Part shown: piece after piece, positions 18,221 to 28,385 of the stretch
Numbering within the stretch: position 1 is the first letter of the stretch
How the letters are laid out: each line of letters starts with the position of its first letter
Assembly: GCA_050246755.1 (NCBI GenBank)
Contig: JBFWVL010000005.1
Location: forward strand, 193,076 to 257,075
Direction of reading: 5' to 3'
Length of the DNA stretch: 64,000 nucleotides
Source of the DNA: Bacteriovoracia bacterium
GTDB taxonomy: Bacteria > Bdellovibrionota > UBA1018 > CAIPTA01
Translations under genes and position numbers: made by a program
The notes under the pieces: generated by a model
What the model saw: the letters and a program-made list of their open reading frames with translations, nothing else
Told to the model about the DNA's origin: nothing
The model's database searches: none

Positions 18221-20917
18221 ATGGGAGGAAGGATTCTTCCCAAGAGGAGGCGCCGCGCAATGCGGGAAAAGTCAGGAAGACGCAAGCTCATCTACTTACA
18301 AATCATCAAAAATTCACTTGCATCTTCTATAAATATTTTTTCATATACTTTTTTAAAAAGATACCCCGCTCTTCGGATTGAGAGAAAAGCTAAAATTGGA
18401 TTTGGAATCTACCGGTCGGGTTCGTGCCACCTTCGTTCGATAGTTACACATCGAGGACCATTTCTCGGCCGCCTACTGGGTGGTTTGAGCCTAGCTTTAG
18501 TCGCAGTATTTTTGCCGACAGGTACAGCAATGGCTGTGACCGAAAGCGTCCGGAGTTCAGCCATCATCGTTAAAGCCGAAGCATGTCTAAATCGCGGCGA
18601 CTTTGTGAGCGCAGAGGGCCTGTTCCGCTCCGCACGCGAGCGGAAAGAGCTTCTTCGGGAGGCCACGATTGGCCTTGCTGCCGCCTTGGCCGGTCAGGGA
18701 AAGGTGAATCAAGGGATTGAGATACTGCGCGAAAATATTGCGAACTTTCCATCCGATGTACAGTCACACCTGAAGTTATCAGATCTATTTTTAGATTCTG
18801 GGCAGGCAGAGGCAGCTAAGAATGAGCTAGAAAAGGTGAAGTTTCTCCGGCCTGGCCATCCAGAATTGAGGGAGCGCGAAGGGCTCATAAGAGCGGCAAT
18901 GGGGAAAAAATCTGAGGCCATTTCAATATTGGAAAGCTTGCGCGAAAAGGAGTCTCTTTCGGAGACCTCGTTCACAAAGCTTGCAAAGCTGCAGCTAGAT
19001 CAAGGTAATAAGGCTGATGCATTGAGGGTGCTAGAAGATCGCGAGAGCCGATATGCGCCGTCGAAAGAGGCCTATCTACTTACGGCCGCTACTCTGAAAG
19101 CGCAGAAAAAATTTCCAAAAGCAGAAATCTATTACCGGCGTGCCGTTCAGCTCGAAAGTGATGATCCTGCGCTGTGGTTCTCCTATGGGGAGTTTTTGCT
19201 AGAGGCAGGGAGAGTGGAAGAGGGAAGGGAAACTCTGGAAAAAGGTTTGCGGCTAGATCCGAGCCCAGCCCATTTAACGAATGTTGCAAGCATTTTCGAA
19301 AGAACGGGGCTTCAGCAAGCGGCCGTGGATACTTACGCGCGTGTGTTGCAGCTTTCTCCAGGAAACGACAAGGCCATGTTCGGTATCGTGCGGATTGAGG
19401 AGAAGCGCGGGTATATTGATAGAGTCGGGAGCCACCTTCAGAACTGGAATGAAGAGTTTCCGAAAAAAGTTTGGGTAGCGCTTAGCTACAGTCGCCTCCT
19501 TTTGGCGGTTGGCCAGAAGACGAAGGCCCAGGAGATCGCGAAGAATGCCCTCGCGGTTTCACCGGACAACAGTGAGTTAGGTGAGTTCCTCGCTAGATTA
19601 AAGGGAGAACAGCCTATGAACTTACCGAGGGTCGAAATTGACTCTCCGAAGCCTGAAAGTATACGGAGGGAACCTGCAAAAGAAACTCGCAATACTTACA
19701 TCGTAGGCCCGGGCGAGGTACTGGGCGTGATTTCTTCCAAGGTATATGGAACCTCAAAACTTTGGAGGAAAATCTTTGATGCGAATCGGCGCCTGCTGAG
19801 TTCTCCAGACTCTGTAGAGCCGGGCATGAAGCTTAAGATTCCCGAAGTTCGAGGGAGAAACATCCTACTTCCTGATGAGTCGTCTATCCCCCGTGCTCGG
19901 AAGCATTTTGTAAAAAAAGGCGAAAGCCTGCGCTCAATAGCCAAGAAGGTTTACGGTTCTTCGGGGCACTGGAGGGTGATTTATAAAGCAAATCGACAAA
20001 GGCTCAAGAAGGCGAATAATCTCCATGCTGGCATTAAGCTACTGATTCCTCAGTTATCAAAGGAGAGCGAAGGCAAAGAGGCGGCTGGCCCCCAAGTTTC
20101 CGCCTTCACAGATCATGTCCGCATTTTTCAAGCTGCGCCAGAACGCGGTAAGCGCCAAGAGAGTATTCTGGTGAGTCCTGATTCGGTGAAGTTGCCGGAG
20201 GTCCCTACCTACCCAGAGCAGCAGCCCGTCTCGAACCAGGAACGGGAGGCTCGCGATGAAGTGTTTGAGACCAGCGCATACGGCGGAGCCCAGCTCTCCT
20301 CCTACTCGCTTTCTGGCGAAAACGGATACTTCGCAAAGCTTCCATTAACCGTTGGTTCGTTACTTGGTGCCAGGGTCGCGGTTAGGCCACGGAACTGGCC
20401 AAGAATAGGATTATCTGCAGAAAGAGTCGCGACCGATTTCCCGATCGTGCCAGGAGTGACCACGGCAGCCATATCACTTTCCGAGCTGAATATCTCCCTG
20501 GATGGAGAGTTCACCTCGGGTCAGTTTAGCTTTCGGCCGGGGTACCGTATCCACAAGAGAAAGCTTGGTGCGCCCTATAGACTAGTTCCCGGCTCCGAGC
20601 AGCACGGGCCATTTGTGCGAGTAATTTATATCCCACTGCAATCGGCCGAGTGGAATGCGTCGGTGTTTGCGGACTTGTTCTTTCCTATTTCTTACTCTGA
20701 AAATGACGTTAGCTCGGGAAGTTCAAAGCTCCGGTACGCCGTCGTTGTGGGAGGCTCGCTCTTTTGCCGCTTGAGCAAGAGCTTCGAACTTGGAACGTCG
20801 CCCAAATTTTCTTACTTTTATACCTCCTTTTCTGGCACGGGCTCGCGATCGGTTTCCAACGTTAAGGAGAGTTGGATATCCGTCTCGGTTCCATTGGAGG
20901 TTCGATATGCGTTCTAA
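18221..20917 (+). CDS. TPR + 2xLysM + C-terminal outer-membrane beta-barrel protein (true start uncertain, probably near 18440)
   Basis: Signal-like LGRLLGGLSLALVAVFLPTGTAMA, TPR repeats, LysM YIVGPGEVL..W..I..AN and HFVKKGESL..W..IY.AN, terminal VRYAF. Confidence 0.8.
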   Translation: MGGRILPKRRRRAMREKSGRRKLIYLQIIKNSLASSINIFSYTFLKRYPALRIERKAKIGFGIYRSGSCHLRSIVTHRGPFLGRLLGGLSLALVAVFLPTGTAMAVTESVRSSAIIVKAEACLNRGDFVSAEGLFRSARERKELLREATIGLAAALAGQGKVNQGIEILRENIANFPSDVQSHLKLSDLFLDSGQAEAAKNELEKVKFLRPGHPELREREGLIRAAMGKKSEAISILESLREKESLSETSFTKLAKLQLDQGNKADALRVLEDRESRYAPSKEAYLLTAATLKAQKKFPKAEIYYRRAVQLESDDPALWFSYGEFLLEAGRVEEGRETLEKGLRLDPSPAHLTNVASIFERTGLQQAAVDTYARVLQLSPGNDKAMFGIVRIEEKRGYIDRVGSHLQNWNEEFPKKVWVALSYSRLLLAVGQKTKAQEIAKNALAVSPDNSELGEFLARLKGEQPMNLPRVEIDSPKPESIRREPAKETRNTYIVGPGEVLGVISSKVYGTSKLWRKIFDANRRLLSSPDSVEPGMKLKIPEVRGRNILLPDESSIPRARKHFVKKGESLRSIAKKVYGSSGHWRVIYKANRQRLKKANNLHAGIKLLIPQLSKESEGKEAAGPQVSAFTDHVRIFQAAPERGKRQESILVSPDSVKLPEVPTYPEQQPVSNQEREARDEVFETSAYGGAQLSSYSLSGENGYFAKLPLTVGSLLGARVAVRPRNWPRIGLSAERVATDFPIVPGVTTAAISLSELNISLDGEFTSGQFSFRPGYRIHKRKLGAPYRLVPGSEQHGPFVRVIYIPLQSAEWNASVFADLFFPISYSENDVSSGSSKLRYAVVVGGSLFCRLSKSFELGTSPKFSYFYTSFSGTGSRSVSNVKESWISVSVPLEVRYAF

Positions 20918-23408
20918 GGGCTTCAAGACCGTACTTCGAATATTCTGGCGAACTGCACTCGTCTTGGCTCTGGTTTCTTGTGGTGGGTCTTCAGCGAATC
21001 TGCCGAATTCTACGAGCACGACCCCAGGATCGTCTTCCTCATGTGGGGAGACAGTAGTGGACTATGGTCAGAAGGGGGTGGCTGCCGCAACCGTTAGAGG
21101 TATCTATACCGATATCGCCATGGTTCCGGGAACTACCAAGACGGCCATGGCCTACTTCGATACGGCCGCTCTCGGAGTGAAGTTCACGTATTGGAATGGA
21201 TCGAGTTTTTCCACGGAGATGGTTTCCGCTGGGACAGCCACCTGGGTGCGCTTGGCATTTTTGTCGAATGGCAAGCCAGTGGTGTTTTGGTCTACTGGAA
21301 GCACTACAGTATTGGCTTCTTTTCGGTCGGCCGCTCCTGGGACAAGCGGAACTTGGAATACAGGTATCATTGATACTTTCACTGGAGGCCAAACGAGGGC
21401 GGTTTCCGTATCGGTGAGTCCGCTTGACGCGATCGCATTGATCTATATCAGCACTGCTGCCGCGACGGGGCGTCCACGCTTTCTCTATTGCGATGCGAAC
21501 TGCTCTTCCCCCAGTACTTTTCAGGCAATGTCGTCTACCGAAACCATTGAAGCGGCAAACGTTACTGCAAACGAAATGGCGACGGGTATTGGCTGGTGCA
21601 AGGCAAGTTCCTCTCTTTATTATCCTGCCGTGACGTATGGTCTTTCCACTGCCAGTGGAACTCGTTATGCAATTTGCCAGCAGGCTAGCCTCTCAAGTTG
21701 CCTCGCAGCAGCGAATTGGACCAAACAGACAATCCAGGCCACGGCGAGTCTTGTCGGATCTCGGCTTTACTTAGATCCCACTGTAACTGGAGACGTTCCA
21801 AAGGCCATGGTCAAGACCGCAGCCGGGCTGGTGCTTTACCAAATGGGTGCTTCGACCGCCTGCACGGCCGCGCCCGTGGCCTTCGGCGCAGGCTCCACGT
21901 TGGGGGATGCCAATACTGGAACCGCCTGGGCAAGTCTTCTCGCTGATTCTTCCGGAAAGTGGCATGTTGTCGCGAATCAAAGCACTACGAATGTTCGCTA
22001 CTACAATAGCCAAACCACTTCGATCACGGGTGCTTGGAATGCCGTAGGAACCGTTGTTACTAACACGCTCAACAGCGTGACTGCTTCGTCAGCCGGAGCC
22101 GCGATCTCTAATTCGGATGGTCGCCTTCACGCCGCATACGGAATTAACGCGGCTCCTTTCAATGTTCAGCTCAGTACCCTGGCGGATTATACTACTGCTT
22201 CGAGTAGTGCGACCTTTAGCACGCAAGCCCCGGATTCAACGGGAAACGTACTAATGACGGCGGCCCCGGTGCGAAACGTGGCAACGGCTATAACCTCAAC
22301 GGGCCGGGCGGCGGCAGCGTATGTTGATTTCTCTGCCGGCACAGTTACGGCAGGAAAACTCAAATATGCTATTCGCTCCGGAACTGATGCCACTTCTACC
22401 TGGACCAGCTTGACCGTACCAGGCCCAACAAATCCGCAGTTCCCATCAATTGCTTTCGACGGCGATAATCATCCTTGGATCGGCTTCTTTGATCAAACGA
22501 TAAATCGCTTTTATCTGGCCACGAACTCTAGCGTCGAGGGAACAGGGTCTTGGTCGATTTATACTTTTCCTGTAACGCCTAGTGGAACATATGCGTTGCC
22601 CGCCGCAAACGAAACCGCTGTCGCGATGTATAAGAGCGGCACCACCTATTATCCGGTGATGCTTGCCTTGGATGCGACCAATACGAATACAACTCCGGGG
22701 CTTAAATCAGCGATGTTTAATCCCTCTTCGTCTACTTGGTCAAATGTCAATGATGGTACGCCGGTGTATGCCTTTGGTGCCTCCGACGGGAATTCGCTCT
22801 CCGCAGATTTCGACTCTTCAGGCAATGTAGTGGCAGCGTACTGGGATATTACGACGACAAAGGTTCTCTACTTTCATTCCTCTAACGGCGGCCAAACCTG
22901 GACCTCCGGCTATGCTGTTACCTCCGCAGGCGACGGAGAGGGCGCCTCGGTTAGCCTTAGCGCTGCGACGGGCTATTCCGGCCTTTCTTATTTCGATAGA
23001 GCCAACAATCGAGTTTACTATGCCTATTGCAACAACTCACCGAGCACTTGCGCCTCCGGGGGGTGGGCTTCCACGAGGCTCGAATCTACAGCGGGTGTTA
23101 GTGGGCTTACCACTTCGACCGGCCAGGTGTTGGGAACTGGCGTAGGATTCGACTCAAGCGGCAATGCTTCGATTGCCTACGTTACTGGGCAGGCCGGACT
23201 TGGCAGCCTGAAGCTTTGCACGCAAAGTGGATCAAATTTCAGCTGCTCTACGGTTTCCGAGGGGGCCGGGGGAAATACAGTTGGCGCGGCAGCCGTAAAC
23301 TACGGAATCAGTGGTTGGAACGTCAGGATGACGAGAAATTCTTCTGGCGGGCTGGCAGCAAACTATATTGGGCCGGCAGGCTGGCTATACAACTATTCTT
23401 GCCAGTAA
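20907..23408 (+). CDS. Large Ser/Thr-rich repeat lipoprotein, probable double beta-propeller
   Basis: MRSKGFK..LALVSC lipobox; repeated A(A/M)AY.D and YYP motifs; Asp-box SSNGGQTW. Confidence 0.75.
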   Translation: MRSKGFKTVLRIFWRTALVLALVSCGGSSANLPNSTSTTPGSSSSCGETVVDYGQKGVAAATVRGIYTDIAMVPGTTKTAMAYFDTAALGVKFTYWNGSSFSTEMVSAGTATWVRLAFLSNGKPVVFWSTGSTTVLASFRSAAPGTSGTWNTGIIDTFTGGQTRAVSVSVSPLDAIALIYISTAAATGRPRFLYCDANCSSPSTFQAMSSTETIEAANVTANEMATGIGWCKASSSLYYPAVTYGLSTASGTRYAICQQASLSSCLAAANWTKQTIQATASLVGSRLYLDPTVTGDVPKAMVKTAAGLVLYQMGASTACTAAPVAFGAGSTLGDANTGTAWASLLADSSGKWHVVANQSTTNVRYYNSQTTSITGAWNAVGTVVTNTLNSVTASSAGAAISNSDGRLHAAYGINAAPFNVQLSTLADYTTASSSATFSTQAPDSTGNVLMTAAPVRNVATAITSTGRAAAAYVDFSAGTVTAGKLKYAIRSGTDATSTWTSLTVPGPTNPQFPSIAFDGDNHPWIGFFDQTINRFYLATNSSVEGTGSWSIYTFPVTPSGTYALPAANETAVAMYKSGTTYYPVMLALDATNTNTTPGLKSAMFNPSSSTWSNVNDGTPVYAFGASDGNSLSADFDSSGNVVAAYWDITTTKVLYFHSSNGGQTWTSGYAVTSAGDGEGASVSLSAATGYSGLSYFDRANNRVYYAYCNNSPSTCASGGWASTRLESTAGVSGLTTSTGQVLGTGVGFDSSGNASIAYVTGQAGLGSLKLCTQSGSNFSCSTVSEGAGGNTVGAAAVNYGISGWNVRMTRNSSGGLAANYIGPAGWLYNYSCQ

Positions 23409-23489
23409 AGCGAGTTAGTCGGTTGCCTGTGAAGAAATCAGCTAAAGCTGAGTGCTTTCGCTGCCGAAGCGTTTTCAGTGGAGCTTTGT

Positions 23490-24437
23490 ATGACGGATCA
23501 TACAACGAAAAATCGCCAGGGATGGGCACGAAGTGCCTTGATGGTGTTTTTCTGCGCTTTGATCGCCAGTGCGTGCGGCAAAGTTCTCCCTAAGAATGGC
23601 TTGCTCACCCCCCCAACGAGTACGTCTAACCCCACCTACTCCAATTACATTGTAGTCGGAAGCAGCACCAATCAATCTGTGGTGCTCCTCGATCCTGATG
23701 GAAGATTTGTTCGTGAGCTACTCGTCCTGGACGGAACTACAACGGACGCGCCCACTGGCATTGGGATCTTCGATGCTGACTACATTCTCGTGGCAGTAGA
23801 CGGGGTAGACCGTGTGGTTAAGGTTAATCTCAATTCTGGAAATGATAGCGCCCAGAATCTAATCCTCAACGCGAACTTGACGGGGACACTAGGCAACGTG
23901 ACCCGCTTAGTAAGCGGCGATATCTTGGTGGTAGAAACCAGCAACGTAGAGCGATTCACCGCCGCTGGCACTCGCGTGACGAGCGGAAGCTGGCCGAAGG
24001 CGCTTCAAACCACGATGAGCGGAATGGAAAAGCTGCCTGGGGGCGGGTTCGTGGCCTGCTCTACTGGTACGGACGTGATTCGGACCTATTCTGATGATGG
24101 CACCCAGACGGCCACGGCCTCCTCGGGCATTGGTGGAACTACCGACGTTCGGGATTGTGCCGCCGCCGCAGATGGGCGCGTTGCTGCCGCGTTCAATGGG
24201 ACGACCGACACAATTCGAATTTACACAAGTTCCACATTGGGCGCCGTATCCTGCAACTTTTCAGATACATCTTTGCTCGGCGATCCGCGTGCGATCGCTT
24301 TTAGGCCAAATGGAAACCTATTGGCTACCGACGGAACCGCCAATACGATCATTGAAATCGACTCGTCCTGTAATTTCGTGAGAGCCATGTCGTCTTCCGC
24401 CTTGGCTACCCCAGTGGCGATGCGGGTGGTTCAATGA
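23490..24437 (+). CDS. Beta-propeller (NHL-like) lipoprotein
   Basis: IASAC lipobox; PRAIAFRPNGNLLATD-type repeats. Confidence 0.75.
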   Translation: MTDHTTKNRQGWARSALMVFFCALIASACGKVLPKNGLLTPPTSTSNPTYSNYIVVGSSTNQSVVLLDPDGRFVRELLVLDGTTTDAPTGIGIFDADYILVAVDGVDRVVKVNLNSGNDSAQNLILNANLTGTLGNVTRLVSGDILVVETSNVERFTAAGTRVTSGSWPKALQTTMSGMEKLPGGGFVACSTGTDVIRTYSDDGTQTATASSGIGGTTDVRDCAAAADGRVAAAFNGTTDTIRIYTSSTLGAVSCNFSDTSLLGDPRAIAFRPNGNLLATDGTANTIIEIDSSCNFVRAMSSSALATPVAMRVVQ

Positions 24438-25033
24438 CGGGCATGCGATTTGTCATCACACTGCTTCTGTTACTCCCATTGATGGCGAACCATGCAGCCG
24501 CGAGAGAGCGCAGCCAATCTGGAAACATGGCAGTCCGAATTGGTGTGGGCGGAGGATACGAAGCGACAAATTTTACCAGGCCTGCAGGCGGAGATGCCGT
24601 GTTTTCCGGTTCAGGTTTATCTACCTGGTCTGAGATGAAAGCAAACACAAATGGGTACGGGTTAGGGCTAAAGTTCTCGGTTGACTCGATGAAGCTAGGA
24701 AACACTTCGAACTCGGATCTCGCGGCAGAAAACTTAAAAGGAATGTACTTTTCCTTGGTACCAAGGCTCTATGCCCTTGACTTATATTTTGGTCTAGGAC
24801 TGACCTATTCCTCCGTGGCATACATTCGAAACGTATCGTCAGTGGTCACGGAAGACTCCTATTCGGGCATCGGCGTTAGATTGGAACTAGGCTATGATTG
24901 GTATTTCGCGAGTCGAGCCTACCTGACCCCACTCTTGACCTACTCAGTTTCTAAAGTTCGCGCGGCATCAGCGACTGGATCATACTCATATATCCCGTTC
25001 AGTGCGGGATTGGGGCTGGCGATTGAGTTTTGA
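24434..25033 (+). CDS. Small outer-membrane beta-barrel protein
   Basis: Signal peptide, amphipathic strands, terminal GLAIEF. Confidence 0.75.
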   Translation: MTGMRFVITLLLLLPLMANHAAARERSQSGNMAVRIGVGGGYEATNFTRPAGGDAVFSGSGLSTWSEMKANTNGYGLGLKFSVDSMKLGNTSNSDLAAENLKGMYFSLVPRLYALDLYFGLGLTYSSVAYIRNVSSVVTEDSYSGIGVRLELGYDWYFASRAYLTPLLTYSVSKVRAASATGSYSYIPFSAGLGLAIEF

Positions 25034-25058
25034 AAGCGATTAATGCCGAAAGGATACA

Positions 25059-25391
25059 ATGAAACGGATTACCCTTAAGTTTAATGATCGGCAAGGAAAC
25101 GAGAGCTTTGCTCAGATACAAAAAATTGCGAGTGCTTGTTTCCTAGCGATTCTGCAACGAACGGACTCGATTGAACATAGCGAGAAGTTCGTTACCATCG
25201 AATTAGAGGGTACAGGAGAAGCGATAGAAGCAGCCAAACAGCGCTTGGTTCGCTTTCCTGCAATTTCAGTTAAGCGAGAAGGAGCATCTGCGATAGGAAG
25301 CGATTTGATACTGAAGCAGATTGAACATAGTCGCCCTTCCATGCACTTCGACGTTTTCGCTCGCTCGCGGCGATATCGGAAAATTCAGTAA
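25059..25391 (+). CDS. Hypothetical protein, possibly NIL/ACT-like fold
   Basis: AAGGA SD; IELEGTGEAIEAAKQRL. Confidence 0.5.
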   Translation: MKRITLKFNDRQGNESFAQIQKIASACFLAILQRTDSIEHSEKFVTIELEGTGEAIEAAKQRLVRFPAISVKREGASAIGSDLILKQIEHSRPSMHFDVFARSRRYRKIQ

Positions 25392-25553
25392 GCCGGCGGG
25401 TAGCGAAAGCACCAATGTCATCGTCGAAATGGGCGACATTTTCAAGCTGGTCAGGGGCGCTACCTGCGTTGAAGAAATTGCCCGAGTTTATCCGCTTCAG
25501 GGGCCGCAGCAGAATCTGTTTGCCTCGGGCTTTGCTTGTTGAAATAGCCACAA

Positions 25554-25931
25554 CTAGTGGCTATCGGTAGGTTTGAGGTACTCTGCTGTCTCGGTTGAGC
25601 GGGGTGAGGGCGTCACCCTCGGTCTCTGTGCTTTCGTCCGCATGGGCTTTGACTTTGGCATTAGCGCATCGGCGATGAGAAGCCTTTTTCCCTCGATTAC
25701 GAGAGCAATCAAGCGCCGTGTGCTCGCTCCATAAATGGCTTTCAGCTCCCAAAGTTTTTTGGTCGGCGGCGCGGCGATGCCGCGTTCGAAATTCGAGATG
25801 AACTGTGCGGAGGAATATCCTAGCCGTAGGCTGACCTCCCGTTGCGTAAGGTTCTTTTTTATCCGAAGTTCTTGTAGATAGGCTCCGAGCGCCGTGAATC
25901 TGCGAGCAATTAGGTACTCTCGTCCATGCAT
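25554..25931 (-). CDS. XRE-family regulator
   Basis: LTQREVSLRLGYSSAQFISNFERG. Confidence 0.85.
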   Translation of the reverse strand: MHGREYLIARRFTALGAYLQELRIKKNLTQREVSLRLGYSSAQFISNFERGIAAPPTKKLWELKAIYGASTRRLIALVIEGKRLLIADALMPKSKPMRTKAQRPRVTPSPRSTETAEYLKPTDSH

Positions 25932-26187
25932 GTAGAGTCTTCCTTTCTTTCGGATGTTTCCACGATCGATGTAGCGCTAGTTTCGAATGGATGCCAACTT
26001 GAAGCCGCTTTTACCATGGCGGTGCCAAATTTCTTTGTAGATCTTTACAACCTGAACTTCCATTCCTCCCCGAATCCCTCCGGGATTTCGCGCCACGCGC
26101 ACGGCTCTCCCCGCGCCCTCGGGTAACTTCGCCCTTGTCAATTTTCACTGATTGACGCCGTTTTCTCAAGAAATGTGGCCACGGCTA

Positions 26188-26241
26188 CGTCTACCGCAGT
26201 AGACGCAGCCGTTTTTTATCATTCGTAAACTGGAGTAGACG
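26188..26241. promoter_or_regulatory. Paired palindromic operators
   Basis: CGTCTAC-N4-GTAGACG (26188-26205) and CGTAAAC-N4-GTAGACG (26224-26241) just upstream of an XRE gene. Confidence 0.65.
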
Positions 26242-26258
26242 ATCCAGAGGCCGCCGAT

Positions 26259-26513
26259 TTGAGTCAACTATCGAAAAAGAAAGCACAGGCGCAGTATCAA
26301 CGCGCTTTCGGAAAACACCTCGCGCTGACGATTGAGCGCCGGGGCTATTCCTCGATCTACGACTTCTGGATTCGGAAGGCGGGCGACCACCTCTCGCGGG
26401 CCTCGATCAACTTTCTCGTTCTCGGCGAGAAAGACCCGAAGCTCTCGACCATCAGAATCCTCGCGCGCTTGCTGAACGTCGCCCCGAAAGACCTGCTCGA
26501 CTTCGAGAAGTAG
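26259..26513 (+). CDS. XRE-family regulator (C-protein-like)
   Basis: LSRASI..GEKDPKLSTIRILARLLNV..LLDF. Confidence 0.75.
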   Translation: MSQLSKKKAQAQYQRAFGKHLALTIERRGYSSIYDFWIRKAGDHLSRASINFLVLGEKDPKLSTIRILARLLNVAPKDLLDFEK

Positions 26514-26772
26514 GGCACGGCGGCGCGATCGGGACGGCAAGCGCGAAGCCCCTGCATACCACACGAGGCGTGCGCCTGCGCCTGGGCAGCTTCTTAAATC
26601 AGTGGGGGGAAGGGGCGCTTAACCATTTGCCTGCTGTCAACTCCGTGAACGAAATGAACCGGGAAAGTCTTCCAATAGATCCGCGTGGCCGGCGCGCCGG
26701 TCAGCGCCAGATTCTCTTTAAATGACTATATATTCTATAGTTGTGTGTCTTATGCAGCGATAACTCTTCCCG

Positions 26773-26870
26773 GTGGCCGGAATCCTGGCCGGGTAGATAA
26801 ACAAAAATCCTCTTTGTTTTCGGACTCGTTTCCAAAGCATCACCTGGGCCGTGGCCAGAAATCTGGCCAC
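26773..26870. promoter_or_regulatory. Two putative upstream activator sites
   Basis: GTGGCCG-GAATCC-TGGCCGG (26773-26792) and perfect palindrome GTGGCCAGA-AA-TCTGGCCAC (26851-26870). Confidence 0.7.
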
Positions 26871-26918
26871 TTCGCTACCAGTTCGCGGCCATTGCCCAAA
26901 ATAAAGGCAGCTCGAGGG

Positions 26919-26933
26919 TGGCACGCTCCTTGC
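26919..26933 (+). promoter_or_regulatory. Sigma54 -24/-12 promoter
   Basis: TGGCAC-GCTCC-TTGC, exact consensus, 33 bp before the activator start. Confidence 0.88.
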
Positions 26934-26966
26934 CCTTAGCAGCACACGCAAGAGAGGTAAGAGCCT

Positions 26967-28385
26967 GTGAAGTATAGGATTTTGCTAGTTGACGATAACA
27001 AGCTAGACATCGAGACGACGCTCGGAGAGTTCGCGGGTGAGGGCGATATGGAGTTCTCCACCGCGCAGACCGCCGAGCATGCGTTGACGCTCGTGAAGCA
27101 ATCCCCCGACGCCTTCGCCGTTGTCCTGCTCGACTACAATCTGGCGGGCACCACCGGCGACAAGGCAGCAAAAGACCTACTTGCCATCAACGCCCGGCTC
27201 AACATCGTGATTCTCTCGGGCGATAACACGCGCGCCGCCGCGATCAACACGCTCAAGGCCGGGGCGGTGGATTTCATCGACAAGACACTACCGCCGGAGG
27301 AGAAGATCGCGTCCGTCCGGGGCTACTGCCGCAAGTTCGACGAAGTGGCGCGCGTAGTGACTTTCGAGGCCGATGGGTCGGCCCGCGCCAAGATCATAGC
27401 CGACGCCGGGCTTATTATCGGCCGCTCGAAGGCCCTAGCCGAAGTGGCCCAACAAATCCTGCGGATCGGCGGCAGTAGCTCCACCGCGCTCGTGCGCGGG
27501 GAATCCGGTACGGGTAAGGAAGTCGTGGCGCGAGCCATACACGACCACTCCACGCGCAAGGGAAAGGCATTCGTGCCCATCAACTGCGGCGCGATCCCCG
27601 AGAACCTGATCGAAAGCGAGCTATTCGGCCACGAGAAAGGCACGTTTACCGGCGCTCTTACGAAAAAGGTCGGAAAATTCCAGCTCGCGCACGGAGGGAC
27701 CATCTTCCTCGATGAGATCGGGGAAATGCCGCTCAATATGCAGGTGCGCCTCCTGCGGGTTTTGCAAGAGGGAACGATCGACATGATCGGCGGCCGGATG
27801 CCGATGCCGGTTGACGTTCGCGTGATCGCGGCCACGAATCGAGATCTCGAAGAAGCCGTAAAAAAAGGCCAGTTCCGCGAAGACCTCTACTACCGCCTCA
27901 ACGTGATTCCGTTCTACGTGCCGCCGCTCCGAGAGCGCAAAGAAGACATTGAGCCGCTAATCTCTCATTTCGTGCGTAACCACCCAACGGGTTCCGGCAA
28001 AAAGTTCCTCTACAGCACACTAAGATACTTCCTTGATTATCCGTGGCGCGGGAACGTGCGCGAGCTGGAGAACACCATCGACCGCGTGCTTACCCTCACG
28101 CCGGATGAATACATTTCCCCTCGGCACCTGGAACCAAAGTTTTTCGGCAACGACGCCTCGGGCCTGGACTTCGATTGCGATTGGCAGACGTTTCTCGACC
28201 AGAAGAAAAAGCGCGAGGACGAGCTGGATCGGAAATTCATTTCCTACCATCTGACGAAGCACAAGTCGGTGCGCGATCTCGCCAAGTCGAAGCTCAAGAT
28301 GCCGAAATCCACTCTCCAGACTCGTATCAACGAGCTTGAAATCGACGCCGAGGAACTTACGAAGTCGGAGGAGGAATATGCTTAA
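26967..28385 (+). CDS. Sigma54-dependent response regulator (REC-AAA+-HTH, NtrC family)
   Basis: LVDD/LLDY receiver, GESGTGKE, GTFTGA, FLDEIGE, REDLYYRLNV, WRGNVREL, C-terminal HTH. Confidence 0.95.
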   Translation: MKYRILLVDDNKLDIETTLGEFAGEGDMEFSTAQTAEHALTLVKQSPDAFAVVLLDYNLAGTTGDKAAKDLLAINARLNIVILSGDNTRAAAINTLKAGAVDFIDKTLPPEEKIASVRGYCRKFDEVARVVTFEADGSARAKIIADAGLIIGRSKALAEVAQQILRIGGSSSTALVRGESGTGKEVVARAIHDHSTRKGKAFVPINCGAIPENLIESELFGHEKGTFTGALTKKVGKFQLAHGGTIFLDEIGEMPLNMQVRLLRVLQEGTIDMIGGRMPMPVDVRVIAATNRDLEEAVKKGQFREDLYYRLNVIPFYVPPLRERKEDIEPLISHFVRNHPTGSGKKFLYSTLRYFLDYPWRGNVRELENTIDRVLTLTPDEYISPRHLEPKFFGNDASGLDFDCDWQTFLDQKKKREDELDRKFISYHLTKHKSVRDLAKSKLKMPKSTLQTRINELEIDAEELTKSEEEYA

